A program made the translations under genes and the position numbers. A stretch of 64,000 nt of DNA, from contig MU053588.1 of assembly GCA_013239625.1 (NCBI GenBank), positions 2,800,508 through 2,864,507 of the forward strand, written 5' to 3'. Below, in pieces: positions 1-31,199 of the stretch. The first letter of the stretch is position 1, and every line of letters begins with the position of its first letter. Source of the stretch: Lama guanicoe (lineage: Eukaryota). Below the pieces are notes generated by a model. The model ran no database searches and was not told where the DNA came from. It saw nothing but the letters and a program-made list of their open reading frames with translations.

Positions 1-962
1 GAAGAAGGAAGGAGAGAAGCAAAAGTTTGATGGAAAACACTGGAAACAAATGAGGGTGAGAGAGAGGGCAGGACGGGGATGGTCGATGGTCACAGACTCA
101 GGTACCACAGAGGCCCGGGTTCCTCAGCTCTGAGGGTGGGGCTAATGACAGTGGGTGGGAGGGACTGAGCTGCCCCTGCAGGAAGAGGCAGCTGGGGGAG
201 GTGCGAAGGACCAGGGTTTGGGGCGGTGGGGAAGCCAGTCTCACCTGAGGGGTGGCTTCAGAGAGGAGCACGCTGGGGAGAGGTGTGACCTGAGCTCTGG
301 AGGACCCTCACCTGGGCAGATGCCTTCGTGCCACCCTATCCCATGCACACACATGCCTACTCGGAGCAGATGTACACGTACATGCCCGGCAGTGCGTGTC
401 CAGGCGTGTGCACCAACAGACGGGCACATACAGTCTACATACTGGCTCCTGCCCGTGTGCAGGACACCTGCCCATGACATCCTGCACACGGGCTCCCAGT
501 CACAGCTCCCCATGGCTGTGTGCTCACACACACGCATATACAGGAGGATGTGTGTGTACGTGTGGCCACGCACACTGATGGGCAGGAGCTTGTGAATGCT
601 GCCTAGGCACAATTGTACACAGGCCGGAGACCACCAGTGCCTCAGGCCAGGGTGTACACCAGCCTCACTGCACCCACACTTGCTTAGACACAAGTCCACA
701 CGTAGATACAGGCCTAGTCACACACATGTGCTCAGACACGTGCATGACTGCTCATGGTCACATGACCACAGGCATCTGTGCATGTTTTCTAACATTGCTG
801 AATGTGCACACTGACACTCACTTGTGTTCAAGCTTCCAGTAAGCGTGGTCACACGCATGTGTGGACACAGGTCTGCTCAGGAACACTCACTCCTCCCTCC
901 ACCAGCCCCTCACCTCGCCTTTAGACCCCTGACCCCGCGCCCACCCCGTCTCCTCCGTGCAG

Positions 963-1232
963 GGGGTGAGTACTTCAGCGATGAGCAGATGCGGTTCCGG
1001 GCCCCGCTGCTCTACGAGCAGTACATCGGGCAGTACCTGACCCAGGAGGAGCTCAGTGCTCGCGCCCCGGCCCACCAGCCGCCCAAGCCCGGCACGCCCG
1101 CCTGCCCGCTCTCCGACCTGCTGCTCCAGTCCTACCAGGAGCGGGAGCTGCAGCAGCGACTGCTCCAGCAGCAGGAGGAGGAGGAAGCCTGCTTGGAGGA
1201 GGAGGAAGAGGAGGAGGACAGCGATGAGGAAG
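963..1232 (+). CDS. CCDC97: CCDC97 internal exon (270 nt)
   Basis: tgcag|GGGGTGAG ... GAGGAAG|gtgagg; acidic poly-E tract. Confidence 0.93.
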
Positions 1233-3431
1233 GTGAGGGCCAGCAGCCTAGAGGCCCCAGTGTCAGGACACCCCAGCCCTGGGCCTGTGTGTCTCCATGG
1301 CACCAGGCTGGGCCCACTTGCAAGAGCAGACATCGAGTCCCTCCCCTGCTACCCCAGCTGCCCTGGCCCTGTCCATCCTCTCCAGCTTCCCTGTCCCAAC
1401 TCCTCAAAAGCACCAAGCTATCCCTCACCTCCAGGCGTTGCTCATGCCATTCCCTCCGCCAGGAATGCCTTCCTGTCACCAGCCTTCAGGTGTCAGGTCA
1501 TGTTCTACAGCCTCCGGAGCACTGTAGTGTCCTGTGTTTGGTGTGTGCTCTGGGAAGGCAGAGATGGGGCCATCTTGGTCACTGCTGTGTTCCCAGTGCC
1601 ACCCAGTACCAAGGGGGCAGCTCTCTGTGGGTGTGTGTTCAATGCCCTCCTCATACACTCCCACCGTGGGTGTCTCCCTGCAGACCAGAGGCCCGGCAAA
1701 GACTCGGAGGCCTGGGTCCCCGACTCGGAAGAGAGACTGATCCTGCGGGAAGAGTTCACCAGCCGGATGCACCAGCGCTTCCTGGACGGCAAGGATGGGG
1801 ACTTTGACTACAGGTGCTCCCGTGCCCTCACCCCCCGCCCAGCACCCCACAGGACATCGGCTGTGCAGTCACACAGCCTAGGGGTTTCAGATCAACCAGA
1901 GATCCGTGGGTGACCTTGTAGTAGCTTTGTCCATCTCTGAGCCTCAGTCCCCTCATCTGAAGGAGGGGAATGAGCAGGGCTGACATTCAACTCTATATTC
2001 ATGAAACATTGAAACATCCCATTTGGGAAGGTGGTGGTGGCCTGGTAGGATGCCACTACCCCAAGCTCCCTCCCTAAGTGTCCCCCAGGACCCTGGACCC
2101 CCTCATGCGGCAGGAACTAATCTCTGGCAGGGTCGCTGCCTGGCGTGGAGGGGCCTGTGGTGGGGGCCCCTGCAGTGCTGGCTGTTCATGTCTCCAGTAG
2201 ATCCCCAGGGGTGAGACACCTGGGCCACCTGCTTTGCAAAAGAATTTTGCTATCAGGGAAAAGAATGCAGGCTAGTGAAGTGCCAGAGTCAAAGATAATG
2301 GTTTTGTCCACTGAGGCAGCCTCGCCTTGTGGTCCAGAACACCAGATGTGGCAGCAGAGGGCCCTGGTTTCAAACCCCATGACAGACGAACAGGCAGACC
2401 CTCGGGGCCTTGTCAGTAGAATGGGGATCATGATTGCCACTGCCAGGGGCAGCACCTGGTACCAGAGCATCACTTGGGCCTCTCTGGGATCCCCCGGCTC
2501 CAGAAGTGAGCCTGGCTGATCACTTCTAGCTGGGGTGGAACATCTCCGTGCTCCACACGAGCAGCGAGCAGAGTGTCTGGGCCGTGGGGGCCCTCAGGGA
2601 GGGCACCACTGCCCTTGTGGAGCCAGGCGCCCACAAGGAAGTAGGGCCTGGTGTGAGGAATGGGGAGTAGTGTGGACCGAAGCCTGTCCCCTCTCTTCGG
2701 GGCTGCTGCTGGGCTGCATTCAGCGCCAAAGAGGGTGTGAGGAGGCCTGGGAGGGGTTGGGCCAAGTCGGGGATCCTCATGATTTGGGAACCCTCATTCC
2801 CTGAGGTCAGGGTTTCTCAGCTTAGGACTGTGAACCCTTGGGGCTGGACAGTCCTGTGTGTGGGGACAGTCCTGTGTGTGGGGACAGTCATGTGTGCGGT
2901 GAGGTGTTGAGCAGCATCCCTGGCCTTCACCCACTGGATGCCAGTACTAGCCCCCGCAGTTGTAACAGCCACAGTATCTCCGCTTATCACTAAATGTCCT
3001 CTGGGGGCAGAATCTTCCCGGTTGAGAACAACTGCCTCGGGAATGTGGGCCCACGTGTCACCACATCTTCCAGCTTTTCAAGAGAAACTAGATATTTCCG
3101 TGTAAAATCTCTACTTTGGAAAATGTTGCCTTCTGTTTGAAGTCCTGAGAGACCCAGCGTAACTCAGCTGCAAGTTAGCTCTGACTTGCGGCTGCCAGCA
3201 TATGGCCTTTCTCTTCAGGGGGCCCCAGGCCCCAGCTCCTCCCAAGGGTTAGAAGTGGGGAGGCTGGGGTACAGGCCGAGCCAGCCCCTGACAGCCCCCT
3301 CCCCCTGCAGCACTGTGGATGACAACCCCGACTTCGACAACCTGGACATCGTGGCCCGGGATGAGGAGGAGAGGTACTTCGACGAGGAGGAGCCTGAGGA
3401 TGCGCCCAGCCCAGAGCTGGACGGGGACTGA
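963..3431 (+). CDS. CCDC97: Coiled-coil domain-containing protein 97, last three coding exons: join(963..1232,1684..1813,3311..3431); 5' exons lie outside the window
   Basis: Translates to [26 protein letters not shown]...[98 protein letters not shown] junctions keep frame; synteny with TGFB1. Confidence 0.95.
1684..1813 (+). CDS. CCDC97: CCDC97 penultimate exon (130 nt)
   Basis: ctgcag|ACCAGAGG ... GACTACAG|gtgctc. Confidence 0.92.
2808..3034. mobile_element. MER20 (hAT-Charlie MITE) with internal 18-bp triplication
   Basis: TIR-like cagggtttctca ... tgagaacaactg; core agcagcatccctggcc..acccactggatgccagta. Confidence 0.8.
3311..3431 (+). CDS. CCDC97: CCDC97 last coding exon (121 nt incl. 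TGA)
   Basis: cctgcag|CACTGTGGAT ... GGGGACTGA. Confidence 0.93.
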
Positions 3432-4410
3432 TGGCCGCCAGCCCCGCCCCCCACCACAGCAAGGCCACTGATTACAGGCCAGCTCAGTGACTTTCTCTAG
3501 GGGACAGCAGGGCAGTCACCCCACACCACCAGCCTCGCTGAGTCTGGTCCCATCTCAGCAGCCCCCTTCCCCACTGTGCCTGGAGCTAGCTCCCTACCTT
3601 CTCCCTCGAACCCTGAGTCTCTTTCTCCTATTATCTCTCGGTCTCTTTCTCCCCCTCCTTTCTGTGACTCTGTCCCTCTCTCTGTACCTCCCTCTTTTTC
3701 TTCTCTGCCTGTCTCTTTCTCCCCCTCTCTCTGCGCCTTGGCCTCCATCCTCATGACAGGGCCCAGGATGAACATCCTCCCCTTGACCAAGGCCAGTGGG
3801 GCCCGTGGAGCTGGAGCTGGCCAGGTTGACACGAGTGCCCAGCTCGGTCGAGGCTGACCCAGGGCCCTAGAGTGGGCTCTGCTTCTCCCTCCTGGTCCCC
3901 GCCTGTTTTCCTCCACCTCTGTTCTTGAATCTCAGCCTCATGCTCGGGCCTCCTTGCCTGTGTTACATTCCACCTCTCCTTCAACCTCACAGGCTCAGCC
4001 TCTGTGCTGCGTCTGTCCCTCTCTCTGCCTTGCAGCCTTTATCTCTGGGTTTCAGTGTTCCCCACAGGCCCTGGCTGCCCCCCATCTGGGCAGCTGTGGG
4101 ATTACTGCTGAGCAATCCAGCCTCACTGTGGGCAGCGGGGAGACCCTGAGGGTGGCCACCAGCTCTCACCTCTCCCTGAGGACCCAGGTTTGGGAGATGT
4201 GGGCAGGGGCAACCCTGGGGATCATGGACCTACTAGTTTGAGTGTAGGGGGAGGAGGTGGTACAGGGAGAGGGGACTCTCCCATCCCAGCCCCCCGGCCC
4301 CCCTCTGCTCAGCCACAATTTTCCCTTCCTTCACTTCCTTCACCTCCCTCTCCCTCTCCTGTTTACACTCCCCAAATACGCACAGGCTGTTATCATGGGT
4401 CCTGAGTCAT

Positions 4411-4412
<2 letters not shown>

Positions 4413-4440
<28 letters not shown>
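4413..4440. repeat. (CA)14 microsatellite
   Basis: Direct count. Confidence 0.95.
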
Positions 4441-4443
<3 letters not shown>

Positions 4444-7400
4444 ACAGCCTGCCCCAGCGTCCCTGCCCCGAGCCGGCCACAGAGCCCGCCCCACGGAGCC
4501 CCCTGCCGCCCCAGGCTAATGGGAGCCAGATGGCCGCCTGGTGACTCAGCCACTGGCCTGTGGGAACCCAGGCGTCCTGCCTTCCCATGCCCCCACACCC
4601 AGCTCATGCTCCCCCAGTAGACATACACAGAGAAGGGGCCAGCTGCTGGGGGAGGGAGGACCTGGGGACCCCTCACTCTGTGAGCTAGAATGGTGGCATC
4701 CTGCCATGGCCAAGCCGGAGGAACCCTCTAAACTGCCTCATCCAGCATGTGGCCCAGAATGAAGGGGAGACCCCAAGGCTTCCTGGGGCCACAGCTCTTG
4801 ACCCCCAGGCCTTGGCTGTGCCCTCTGGGTCAACCAGAATTAGAGCCAGACATGAAAAGTGAGAGCTGGACAAAGGCCGAGGGACATTCAGACAGAGAGA
4901 CTATTAAATAAGGAAACTTCCGGTTACTGAGCAGTTCTGTCCTGTGCCAGGCCCCAGCAAAGTGCCTGGTGCTGCACTGAATCCTCCAGACAACCCCGAG
5001 AACCAGGGCCTCGGCTCTGTTCCATAGGTGGGGCGCAAGAGGCCAGGAAAGAAGATGTTAATGTACTCAATGCCGTGTGGCCATCAGAGGTGGAAACCCA
5101 GGTGTAGAATCACACAAGTCCTAGACACCACTCGCTGGCCTGCCTGTCCACTATCAGGGCCACGCAGAGCAGACCGACACACAGACTTCCTCAGATGGGA
5201 AGACTGAAGAAGAGTTAGCTGTGGAGGACGATAGCGGCAGCTGACGCCTCCGGGACCCGCCCAGTGCGCTGAGCACCATCCTGTACACGGACGTGGACAG
5301 AGGCATCTTGATGTTTTATCAGTACTCGAATCACTGAACCATCCCAGCGGTCCCGTGTGGCACGGACTATCAGTACCGCCAGTGTGTCTCCCAGCGGGCC
5401 CACGGCGGTCCAGCCAGCTAGACGCATGCGATTTGGGAAGATGAAGAGGGCGAGGTGTCCTTCAGGCGTTTGTGTCCACGCTCTCAGGTTGTGAGAGCAC
5501 TTTCATAATCCAGGTTTCAACCCTAGGTGATGTGCACATTTTTCACCAGTCTATCATTTGATCATTAAATTTGTTTGTGATATACTTTGCCATACATAAA
5601 TTTGTTACATAATTTTTTTAAGTGATGAGAGACAGCAATTGAGTCAGAATTAGGGTTAGTCAGATGGCAGAGAAGGAGCGTCTGTAGCTGAAACAGAGGT
5701 GGAGCCGAGAGACACACCCCCATCATGGCCTCGGAGCCGCTGAGACCCAGAGAGGTGCCTGTCCCTCTGCCCGGCTGGGGTTGGGGTGGGCGGAGAGGCT
5801 GAGTCAGGCAGGGGAGAGCCCCTCCGTGGGCATCCGGCCCCCACCCACCGTGTCTCCTGTGTGTCCTCCCCGCCGGGCTCTGCTGGCCGCCACCCCCCAC
5901 CCCCCACGTCTGACACCTCTGTGTGTCCTGCCAAGGCTGAAAATGCCTGCCTGCTCCTCTCGTCCCCTCCAACGGCCTGCCCCGCTGTCGCTGTCCCTTC
6001 TCCCTGCTGCTGTCTCCTCTCCTCTGCCTCTTCCCCCACGCCTGCTCCTTAATCCCTTTCATTCTGTCTCCGCACCTCTCTGGCTGTCAGTGTTTCCCCA
6101 TCACTTTTCATCTCCCCTCTCTCAGCCCCTTCTTTTTTCCCCCTCGTTTTGCCAGGGCCTCTCCCTGCTTGTCATTCCCTCCCTCTGGATCTCTGAGCTT
6201 CCAGCCCCACTTCCCCATGCCATTCTGTCGGAGTCCCCCATCCTCCTCTCGTCTTCACCCACTTTTTTCCCTACTCCTCTCCCTGCTGTCTCTTGGCCCA
6301 CCCCCTGTCTCCCATCTTAGCCACTCTCTGTCTCCCAGACCCTGGGAAACCCAGTGGGGATGTCCAGGTCAATGGTTCACTGGTGGCCCGTGGGAGCCCA
6401 GATTGAGGGGTCGTCACCTCGCCCCCACCCAGCGAGGCTGCGGCCTGTCTGGCCAGGAGGAAGTGACTGTGCTGTGGCCTGGTCACCCCCGCCCCCAGGA
6501 CCTGCCTGGCTGCTGCCGCCCCCGGGCTGGGGCCCAGTAAACACAGCCGCCGGCAGCCTGAGATATTTATACCAAGGTCCGGGCGTGGGTCCAGTGCCCA
6601 CCACAGCCCCTGCCCTGCCCTGCCCGCTACAGCCAGCCCCGAGCCAACGTGGCACCAGCCGGCAAGGGGACGCACCGCAGACACAGCCTCCACTCAGCAG
6701 GGAGGCCTCCCAGCGGTCGCTGGGGATTCCAGCGGCCTCACTGGGGACACAGGATGCCCCCTTCCCAGGAAACACCAACACAAATGCAGCCCCACACGTG
6801 CAGCTGCTCATGAACGGAAACACTCACTCACCCTGCAGAAAACTCAAAGGTGATAGAGCAAAATAGAGTCCCACACAACTGCTCACATACTGAAGTCATC
6901 AGCCCACAGGTGGGGACACAAAATGCAGACAACCACCTGCTCACAGACACCCACTGAGGCTGAGAGCACCAGTCCAGGAGGTAGACACACACTCACACAA
7001 ACACACTCGGAGGAGGACAGCAAGCATATGGGAGACACACCCTGTAGACACACAAACACGCTCAGAATACCAGCAACACACACATTGATCACGTAAAGGT
7101 AACCCAGATTCTGCTTGCCTACAGACACAAACACACACAACTGTCACACACACGCACTGAAAATACAGCTGAAGCAGGAAACAGAACACACACACACACA
7201 CACACACCGCCTCCTGGAAACACACTTCTCACAGACGCATAGAAATACATAGAAAACACCCACACTTCTGATTTACACTAAGAACGCACAAATTTACACC
7301 CAGAGAAGAGCAAGGGTGTTGGGGAAAAATTCAGACACAAAACACACCCCAGGGATACAGCCCGTTCATACACACAGACTAGCTTAGGACACAGAACCCA

Positions 7401-7457
7401 GAGAGCACACCAGCTTGTACGGCAGAAACAAAACACAGGTGCATGCACCAGAAATGC

Positions 7458-7490
<33 letters not shown>

Positions 7491-7829
7491 CTGAACACGT
7501 GCTGGGACACATTCATTGAAATCCCCGTCCATCCATACCCAACACAGCTGGAAGGCACCCAGCTGGTGGGTTAGAGACCCCCATAGTGGAGACACAAAAT
7601 TCACACCACAAAGTTTGCGGGGACACACACACACAAAGGGATCCTGAATACATTCAAATTCACATTAGAAGCAAACAAAAGACATCAACACTCTGGATGT
7701 CCAGAGATCTAGAGGAAAGGGGGCTTTCTCCCCCTCCTCCCCCATCTCCTGCCTTTCTCGCTCTCACGTTGACCCCGTCCTGGGCCTGTCTGGGGGAGGG
7801 GGCAGGAAGGCCTGAGCTGGCTTCCCCGG

Positions 7830-8560
7830 CCCTGCTTCCTGCCCCGTGAGGGCCGGACGGAAAGCTGGGGCTCCAGCCGGAACCCAGGCTCCCCCCACGA
7901 CTTCCCTCCCGGCCCCGGGCTGCCCGCAGAGGCGGGGGAGGGGACGGGGGCGTCCCGAACCCCCGGTCCCGGCCCCGCAGTCGGCTGGGGACCGAGGCTG
8001 CCTCATCCCGACGGGGCCCGGCCTCCCCACGGGGCCAGGGTCCGGGGGTGGCCGGGAAGGTGCTGAGCCCGCAGGTTTCCCTGCCCCCGCCGGCCTCCCG
8101 GGCAGGTGGGCGGGGTGCGCCCCGAGGGCGGGGCCGGGGCTCGGCGACCGCGGGAGTGCGCGCCCCGGTGTGCGGCCGGGACTTGTCCTCGGCCAGGCGC
8201 GAGCTGGGCGTGTGAGGGCCGCGGCCCCGGAGGTGTGTCTGGGTGTGGGGGACTCTCCGTCTGGGACCCGGGGTGTGACAGGGCGTCTGGCTATGACGGG
8301 CCGGCTGCCGTTGGAGGGCCGAGGGGGAGTCCCCGGGCCTGAGCGCGCGGGGCCGGCAGACATCAGGCCGTGGGCACGACCGCCCGGCCGTCTGTGCGAT
8401 CCTGACGTGTCAGATCTCCGTGTGTGGTGTGTGTCTGGGTGCGGCTGTGACGTGCCAGGTCGTGTGCACGCACACTGTGCCTGTTGTGACCGTGACCCTG
8501 CGGAGGATGTTTGTGTAACTGCTGGAGTGTCCCCGGCCGGAGTCTCTTGTTTCATTTCCT
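7830..8560. promoter_or_regulatory. Orphan CpG island between CCDC97 and the TGFB1 3' end
   Basis: Very GC- and CpG-dense, with GC boxes and ETS/CRE-like motifs; no assignable exon. Confidence 0.6.
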
Positions 8561-9671
8561 GACGGGGCTCCGATGCCGTGAGGAGTGTATGTGTGGCACA
8601 CTGCCCCTGAATCCGCGTCTGCTCCTGTGGCCATTGTGACCGATCCTACAGCATGTACTTGTGTGACTGCCTTTTGCCGTGTCCCAGCCAAGGCTCCAAG
8701 GCTGGGCTGTGTGCATGTAACAGGGCAACACGGGTCCCATGCCACGAGGTGTCACAGTTCATGTGTCATGGGTCCTGCATGAGTTTGCATGTATCCATTG
8801 TGGCTCTGAGAGGTGAAAATGTTTGCATGGCCATGGGACACTGTCCACATTTGAATCTCTATGTGAGTGTGAAGGCATGCTTACCTGTGCTGAATCCTCA
8901 CCGGGCTGCAGTGACTGCAGTTCATCTCCACGCAAGAAGCTAGTGACAACAGCAGCATGTCCTTGAATAGTGAACTCCTTCTGCCCCCACCCCACCTGGC
9001 TCTCTGTGGCTCCCAGACCCGAAGCAGGAGGAGTGGCCACATTTCTACCCTTGGCCTGGGCTGGGCTGGACTCAGAGCCCACGGACAAAGGACCCTCAGC
9101 ACCCACACCATCCTCCCCCAGGGCAGTCACTGGGCAAAACAGGTCAGAGCCACGGACCCAGGAGGGCAAGGGGAGAGATGGGAGGAACTGAAACCAGGAA
9201 GGAAGAGAGGAAACTGGGAGGCCAGACAAAGAGGAAGCAGGCGAGAATTTACCAGCAAGACCCCAGCAGATAAGAAACGCAACAGAGGGAAACCCACCCT
9301 GGCTCAGGGTGCTGGCATTTCTCTCCTGGACAACTGGTCTCCCTGTAGTCCCCCTGGCCCCATTCAATCTACTCTCAACCATCAGCCAGAAGGACCGTCT
9401 GAGCACGTTAAGTCAAATCACATCCTTCTGTTCAAAATCCCGTCATGGCTCCTGCCTCCCTCAAGGTATAAGTTTTCACTTTCCCACAGGCCTGATGTGG
9501 TCTAGAAGGCAAAACCAGTGCAGAAGTTGTGTGCATAGACCCTCAACTCCAGCTGCCTGGGTTCAAATCCCAGCTCTGCTGCTTGCTAGCTATGTGACCT
9601 TAACAAGTAACTTAACCTTCCTCTACCTCAGTATTCCCATCTGTGGAGTGGGGAGGAAATGGTCTCTATAG

Positions 9672-9859
9672 CAGGAGTTGACAGAATTTCTATCAAGGGC
9701 CAGACAGTAAATATTTTTCACTTTGCATACAGTTTCTGCCGTTGCATAGACAATACAATACATAAACGAATGAGCATGGCTGTGCTCCAATAAAACCTCA
9801 TTTACAGAAACAGGCAGTAGGTCAGAATTGGCCTGCAGGCAGTAGTTTCCCAACCCCTG
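9672..9859. mobile_element. MER58A-like hAT MITE
   Basis: caggagttg...aagggccagacagtaaatattt...ccaataaaac...aacccctg. Confidence 0.75.
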
Positions 9860-10589
9860 CCTTGTTGGACTCTGGGGAGAATGCCTGAGCTAGTAGCTCC
9901 ATACCTGGCGTGGAGAATTGTTATTACTTTCTGGCCTGTGAGTGATACTATCTGACTCAGATCCCAACACCCTTCCCCTTGCCCCTCCCTTCCAACCACA
10001 CTGGCTTGTTTCCTGCCTGTGTAGCTCACCCCAAGTTCATCTTCACTTCCAGACCTTTGCTTTTGTCCTCCTACCAAGAACACCCTTCCCCACTCTCCCC
10101 CAGGTTGTCTTCTCGGCTTCAAGTGCCCAAGGCCACCTCCTCCAAGAAGCCCTCCCTCCTCCCCAAAGCCATCTCTCACCCCATCTTGCTTCCCTGTCTT
10201 CGTCTAGCTTTACTATGTCTGTCTTCTCCACAGAAAGTAGGTTCCTAATGCGCAGGAACTATTCCCTTAACCTCTCTGAGCTTCAGTTTCCTGAACTTTA
10301 AAGTGAGTGTTATCAAAGTCCTTTGTCTCAGAGCTTTGTTATAGTGGTTAAATGAGTTAATTAATATAAGACACTTAGAATAGAGTCCAAGGTGCTTAAT
10401 AAATCTAACCAGTGTTCACCATGAGTTCTTGGAAAATAACAAGTGCTCAGGAAGTGTTTATGTGAGGAGGGGAAAATGAATGGTGGAGAGACATGAGGAG
10501 GCAGATGGAGGAAGGGAGGGTCCGGGAACGTCGGAAGGGAGACCCCAGTCAGGCGCCCAACGACACAGAGACACAGTCCTCTCTCCACC

Positions 10590-10595
10590 TTTAAT
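10590..10595 (-). terminator. TGFB1: TGFB1 polyadenylation signal ATTAAA
   Basis: Plus-strand tttaat about 125 nt after the stop, followed on the minus strand by GU-rich ctgtgtctctgtgtc. Confidence 0.8.
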
Positions 10596-10720
10596 GGACC
10601 CCAGGTGGGCTTGGGGCGCGGTGTCCTTAAATATAGTCCCAGTGAGGCGGTCGGGGGTGGGGCCGGGCCTGCCGGGGTGGGCGGGGCCTGTGGGGCGGGG
10701 CCTGTGGGCGAGGCGGGGCT

Positions 10721-24450
<13,730 letters not shown>

Positions 24451-24707
24451 TCCACCCGGGGTGGAGAGTGAGAAGGTGGAGCAAAGGGGGAGAGGGTCAG
24501 CCAGAAGATGGGGAGCCAGTGGGGCGGGAGCCCCAAGGAGTGGGGGCCATAGGAGCATCACCCAGAGTGGGGAAGGGGTCAGAGGTTGAGGCAGAGGATG
24601 GGGTAGGGGGCTTGAGGAAGGAGGGTGATGGTGGGAAGATGGGGCACAGGACATCTGACAGATGAAGAAAGGCAGAAAAGCACCCACTCCTGAAAGAACT
24701 GCTCTCC

Positions 24708-24713
24708 TTTATT
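24708..24713 (-). terminator. B9D2: B9D2 polyadenylation signal AATAAA
   Basis: Plus-strand tttatt about 260 nt after the stop codon. Confidence 0.8.
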
Positions 24714-24969
24714 GAGCCCTTCCACGAGCAAACAGCTTCTTTGCACTCAACCCACTGTGAGCCCACACAATGACCCCATTTTACAGATGGGAAAACTGGG
24801 AGGGGCAGCCAGTGGGCTTGAGGTGCTAGACAGGACAGAAGCCACACTATGCCTTGGCTGGAGTCAGGTCTGACAGTCTCCAAAGTCCATGCTTCTGACC
24901 ACTGAGCCATCCTGCCCATCACTGGGTGTCCTGAGATATGGGTGGGGCCAGCCGTTGATGCAGGGTCCT

Positions 24970-30947
<5,978 letters not shown>

Positions 30948-31199
30948 TTATCATTGCCTTGTGAGAAAAGTGTACAATTATCTCCACCTAACAGATGGGA
31001 AAACTGAGGCCCACCAAGTAAGAAGCAGTACTTGGGATTCCAAGCTAGTTTTCTCAAACCACGAGGCTGCGGTCGTAATCATGATACTAACTGCCTCTCC
31101 AAGACAGCCCCAGAAAAATGAGAGGCGAGAAACGGACCAGCTGAGGAGCTGGCGTCTAACTCAGCCGGCCTCCAAAATAACCTCTTTCTCCCGCTCATG

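Noticed and set aside
330..890. CA/CATG-rich degenerate tract in a CCDC97 intron
   Set aside because: Common low-complexity purine-pyrimidine tract; no defined unit; ORFs are H/T/C-rich artefacts
824..1913. 327-aa and 285-aa ORFs
   Set aside because: Each contains one real CCDC97 exon plus read-through into GC-rich intron
7764..8562. 263-aa (-) and 238-aa (+) ORFs over the orphan CpG island
   Set aside because: Low-complexity P/G/R/A products expected from extreme GC content; no recognisable domain; kept only as a regulatory finding
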